Below are positions 51,829 to 54,337 of a stretch of 54,337 nucleotides of DNA, one piece after another; the first letter of the stretch is position 1; every line of letters starts with the position of its first letter. The position numbers and the translations under genes are program-made. Origin of the DNA: Hydrolagus affinis (taxonomy: Eukaryota); assembly GCA_012026655.1 (NCBI GenBank), contig JAAILG010000270.1, positions 62,001-116,337 of the forward strand, given 5' to 3'. The notes beneath the pieces were generated by a model. It did not search any database. It worked only from the letters and a program-made list of their open reading frames with translations, and was not told the DNA's origin.

Positions 51829-52095
51829 GAGTCCTGTAACTCAGTGGTTTGAGAACTCGCCTTACAAGTGAGAGGCCTGGGTTCGATTCCAGGCAGGGTG
51901 AAACATTTGCCAATTTTCCTTACTCCACAAGCCTATCATCCCTCAAAAAAATATTAACAGTTTGTGGACATTGCAGTGAGCAATTGGTTACTGCATTTCT
52001 CCACAAATACAGTACACAGTCAATTCACAGTTTATTCTGTGAAGCACTTTGAGAAGATGTGAAAAGCGCTATACCAAATGCAAGTATTATTATTA
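51829..52095 (+). mobile_element. tRNA-derived SINE with internal deletions
   Basis: A box TAACTCAGTGG, anticodon-like arm CTCGC-CTTACAA-GTGAG, B box GGTTCGATTCC, tail. Confidence 0.9.
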
Positions 52096-53443
52096 GCAAT
52101 TGGGAAATCTGTGTACTTAAACATGATTCATAAGGAGTAATTTTTTTCACACTTTATAACAATATCATCAAGAGTGAATCGGGTTTCAATCATTGTCAAC
52201 TTATTAGTCAGTACAATGGAATCCAACAGCCACTTGCAGAAACCTTCACTAGAGAGGGAGACTACTGCAACAGATTCAATGAAGATCTTCAAAAGAGGTT
52301 GTATCACAAAAGCTGTTATCTTATTTCTTATATTACAACTAAATGACTGCTCGACATTTCTTTACAAAATTAGCAAGGTTTATCGTTCCTCAAGTAAATA
52401 ATTCAACCAATACCCTTAAGTCACTCCCCGGGAAAATGCTTGGAGAAATCTAAAATACTTTAAAAGACAAAAATATATAAACCAACACCATCACCTACAG
52501 ACCCCACTAATTGGAATTAGACTATTGTATCGTATTTGCTGGCAGAACATTCCTTTATGAAATTATGTCTCTCAGCAGGTGCTAATATGCATGTAGAGAC
52601 CAGATTTTACCTGTCTAAGGTCTATATTAACATTTGTTCTACATCACTAAATAGACAGTTCAGCATTGGTGATACCACACTACTGGTACTAATTAAATAA
52701 AGCTTTTAGTAGCTCCCTCCTGGGGCTATATTATGAAAACATCAGCATCTGAGATTGTAACAGTAACATACAAATAATGCACTGTGAACAAAGACCAAAG
52801 GTTTGGATTTGTTCTTGAGAGAGAGCCTTACTTACACAGGCAATATAAATATACCAAAAAGAAGCAAGATTTTTGAAAAAAAATACTAATATTGTATGTG
52901 GATACATTGAATGCATTTTAAAATATAAACAACCAACAGCAGGTTTCCTAAAGAGATTTGTCCAATGTAACATTTTACTCATCAATAGTTTATTCACATG
53001 GGGCCTGGTGGTGACACTGATTAAGTTTTTCCATATGGCGTTTCAGGAAAGGTGGAGGTTGCATTTCAGTCTATTAGTTAAATGGGCGTGATGAGTTCCA
53101 AAAGTCCTTAGTTTAGCTGCTGCTGAATATTTAAAGAGACTTACCCACATTCGCCATTTAGCAATTGTGCTTTGGTTGCTTCTCTGCAGCAACACTGAAA
53201 TTGAAGAAATGAAGAACTCCATTGATCCTTATTGATACACAATAGGGACCAACGTCAACATTTTCCTTGAAACCTAATTGTCTCTCAATTAAAATGATTC
53301 TATTATTTTTGACTTTTGTATTGCCATGCCCATCAGTGCTCAAACTCACCCTACAAATACACTTTCCTATTTATGTACATCAACATTTCTTTCATCACCT
53401 CCATCCTCTCAAGTTCGTAGTTTTCCATGATCCATAGGGTGAC

Positions 53444-54055
53444 ATGGAATCTACAGCATTGAAACAGGCTATTCAGACCAATTAGTCCATGTCAGTGTTT
53501 GTACTATACAGGATCTTCCAAGCAAGGTTACCTCCCCACTGTGCATTCTATTCCTCTCTCTTTCATATATGCATCAACAAATGCATATACAAATGCATCA
53601 ACAAATGCATATATGAAAGAGAGAGGAAATGCAACAATTTACATTCATATAGCGTCTTTTATATTGGGAGGACATCTCAAAGTGCTTAACATATCTGCCT
53701 GGGAGTACGATCCATTGATGCTTTTTGTTATAACCATAATATCTGGTATTGAGTTTCAACATTCACATTATCCTTTGTGTAAAATATCTTCTTCCTATAT
53801 TCCCTTTTAGATTTGTTGGTGGCAATTTTATATTTATGCCCGCTTGTTATAGCAGTGGAAACCTTCTATTTTTGTTCATCTCGTCGAACCCCTTCAGAAT
53901 TTTAAACACCTCTACCAAGTTTACTTCAATCTTCTCATCCCCAGGGAAAAAAATGCCTAACCTGTCCAGTCTTTCCTGATACTTGTATCTACTCATTCCT
54001 GATCACATCCGAGTAAATCTATGCTGCACTTTCACCTCTGTCACAATATCCTTTA
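53444..54055 (-). mobile_element. CR1 LINE 3' fragment (ORF2 C-terminus plus UTR), degenerate
   Basis: Minus-strand remnants KVQHRFTRM*SGMSRYKYQERLDRLGIF...LVEVFKILKGFD match CR1 RVQRRFTRM..G..Y.ERL..LGLF...LIEVFKI. Confidence 0.85.
53632..53688 (-). mobile_element. L2 3' tail nested in CR1
   Basis: CAACAATTTACATTCATATAGCGTCTTT...GGGAGGACATCTCAAAGTGCTT. Confidence 0.7.
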
Positions 54056-54114
54056 TTTCTTATCCTGTTTCCTACTCTCATGAATACTCTTATTTGATAT
54101 CATATCACCAGCTA

Positions 54115-54337
54115 CAACAACAACAACAAATTACATTTATAAAGCGCCTTTCACGTCGGGAGGACTTCCCAAGGCGCTGCACAGGAGGCGTGTGACCCGA
54201 GCTGGGAGGGGAGTGTACGGGAAGGGGTGAAACACGTAGGGGAGGTCGAAGAATTCGGGGTGGAACAAAAGGCACGGTCGAAGAGGAAAGTCTTCAAACC
54301 GGCCTTGAAAGAGGAAAGGGAAGAAACAAGACGGAGG
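54115..54337 (-). mobile_element. L2 3' end (family B), runs off the window edge
   Basis: (AAC)n-ATTACATTTATAAAGCGCCTTTCACGTCGGGAGG...; minus translation ...FKAGLKTFLFDRAF. Confidence 0.9.

Noticed and set aside
53569-53613. Short tandem duplication (ATGCATCAACAAATGCATATA x2); similar ones at 5908, 23771 and 33318
   Set aside because: Ordinary slippage duplications
1-54337. CRISPR arrays, operons, other prokaryotic systems, hammerhead ribozymes
   Set aside because: Sequence is vertebrate non-coding DNA with no regularly spaced repeats; the CTGATGA occurrences checked lack stem II plus GAAA

Overview
This is AT-rich eukaryotic (vertebrate) non-coding DNA, either intergenic or from a large intron. 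The repeat content points to a cartilaginous fish, probably a chimaera such as elephant shark; this is inference. I cannot support any protein-coding gene: the ORF track is almost all chance ORFs or translations of repeats. The window is dominated by retroposon debris. There are about 15 copies or fragments of a tRNA-derived, Deu-domain-type SINE with an L2-type tail ending in (ATT)n, and about 17 L2 LINE 3' ends ending in (GTT)n. It also holds three CR1 3' fragments and older DeuSINE (SacSINE1/AmnSINE1-like) and LF-SINE-like relics. One intact 551-bp non-autonomous hAT DNA transposon has a perfect 8-bp target-site duplication. Between repeats are transposon-poor blocks rich in developmental transcription-factor motifs, which look like conserved non-coding enhancers. 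Best leads: the hAT element, a covarying 3' stem-loop shared by the SINE and two L2 families, a SINE subfamily with a duplicated tRNA head, a duplicated PBX-HOX/MEIS/SOX module, a box C/D snoRNA-like segment, a three-way-junction fold, and two minus-strand candidate exons. Repeat family names come from recalled consensus motifs, not a database search, and degenerate-repeat boundaries are approximate.
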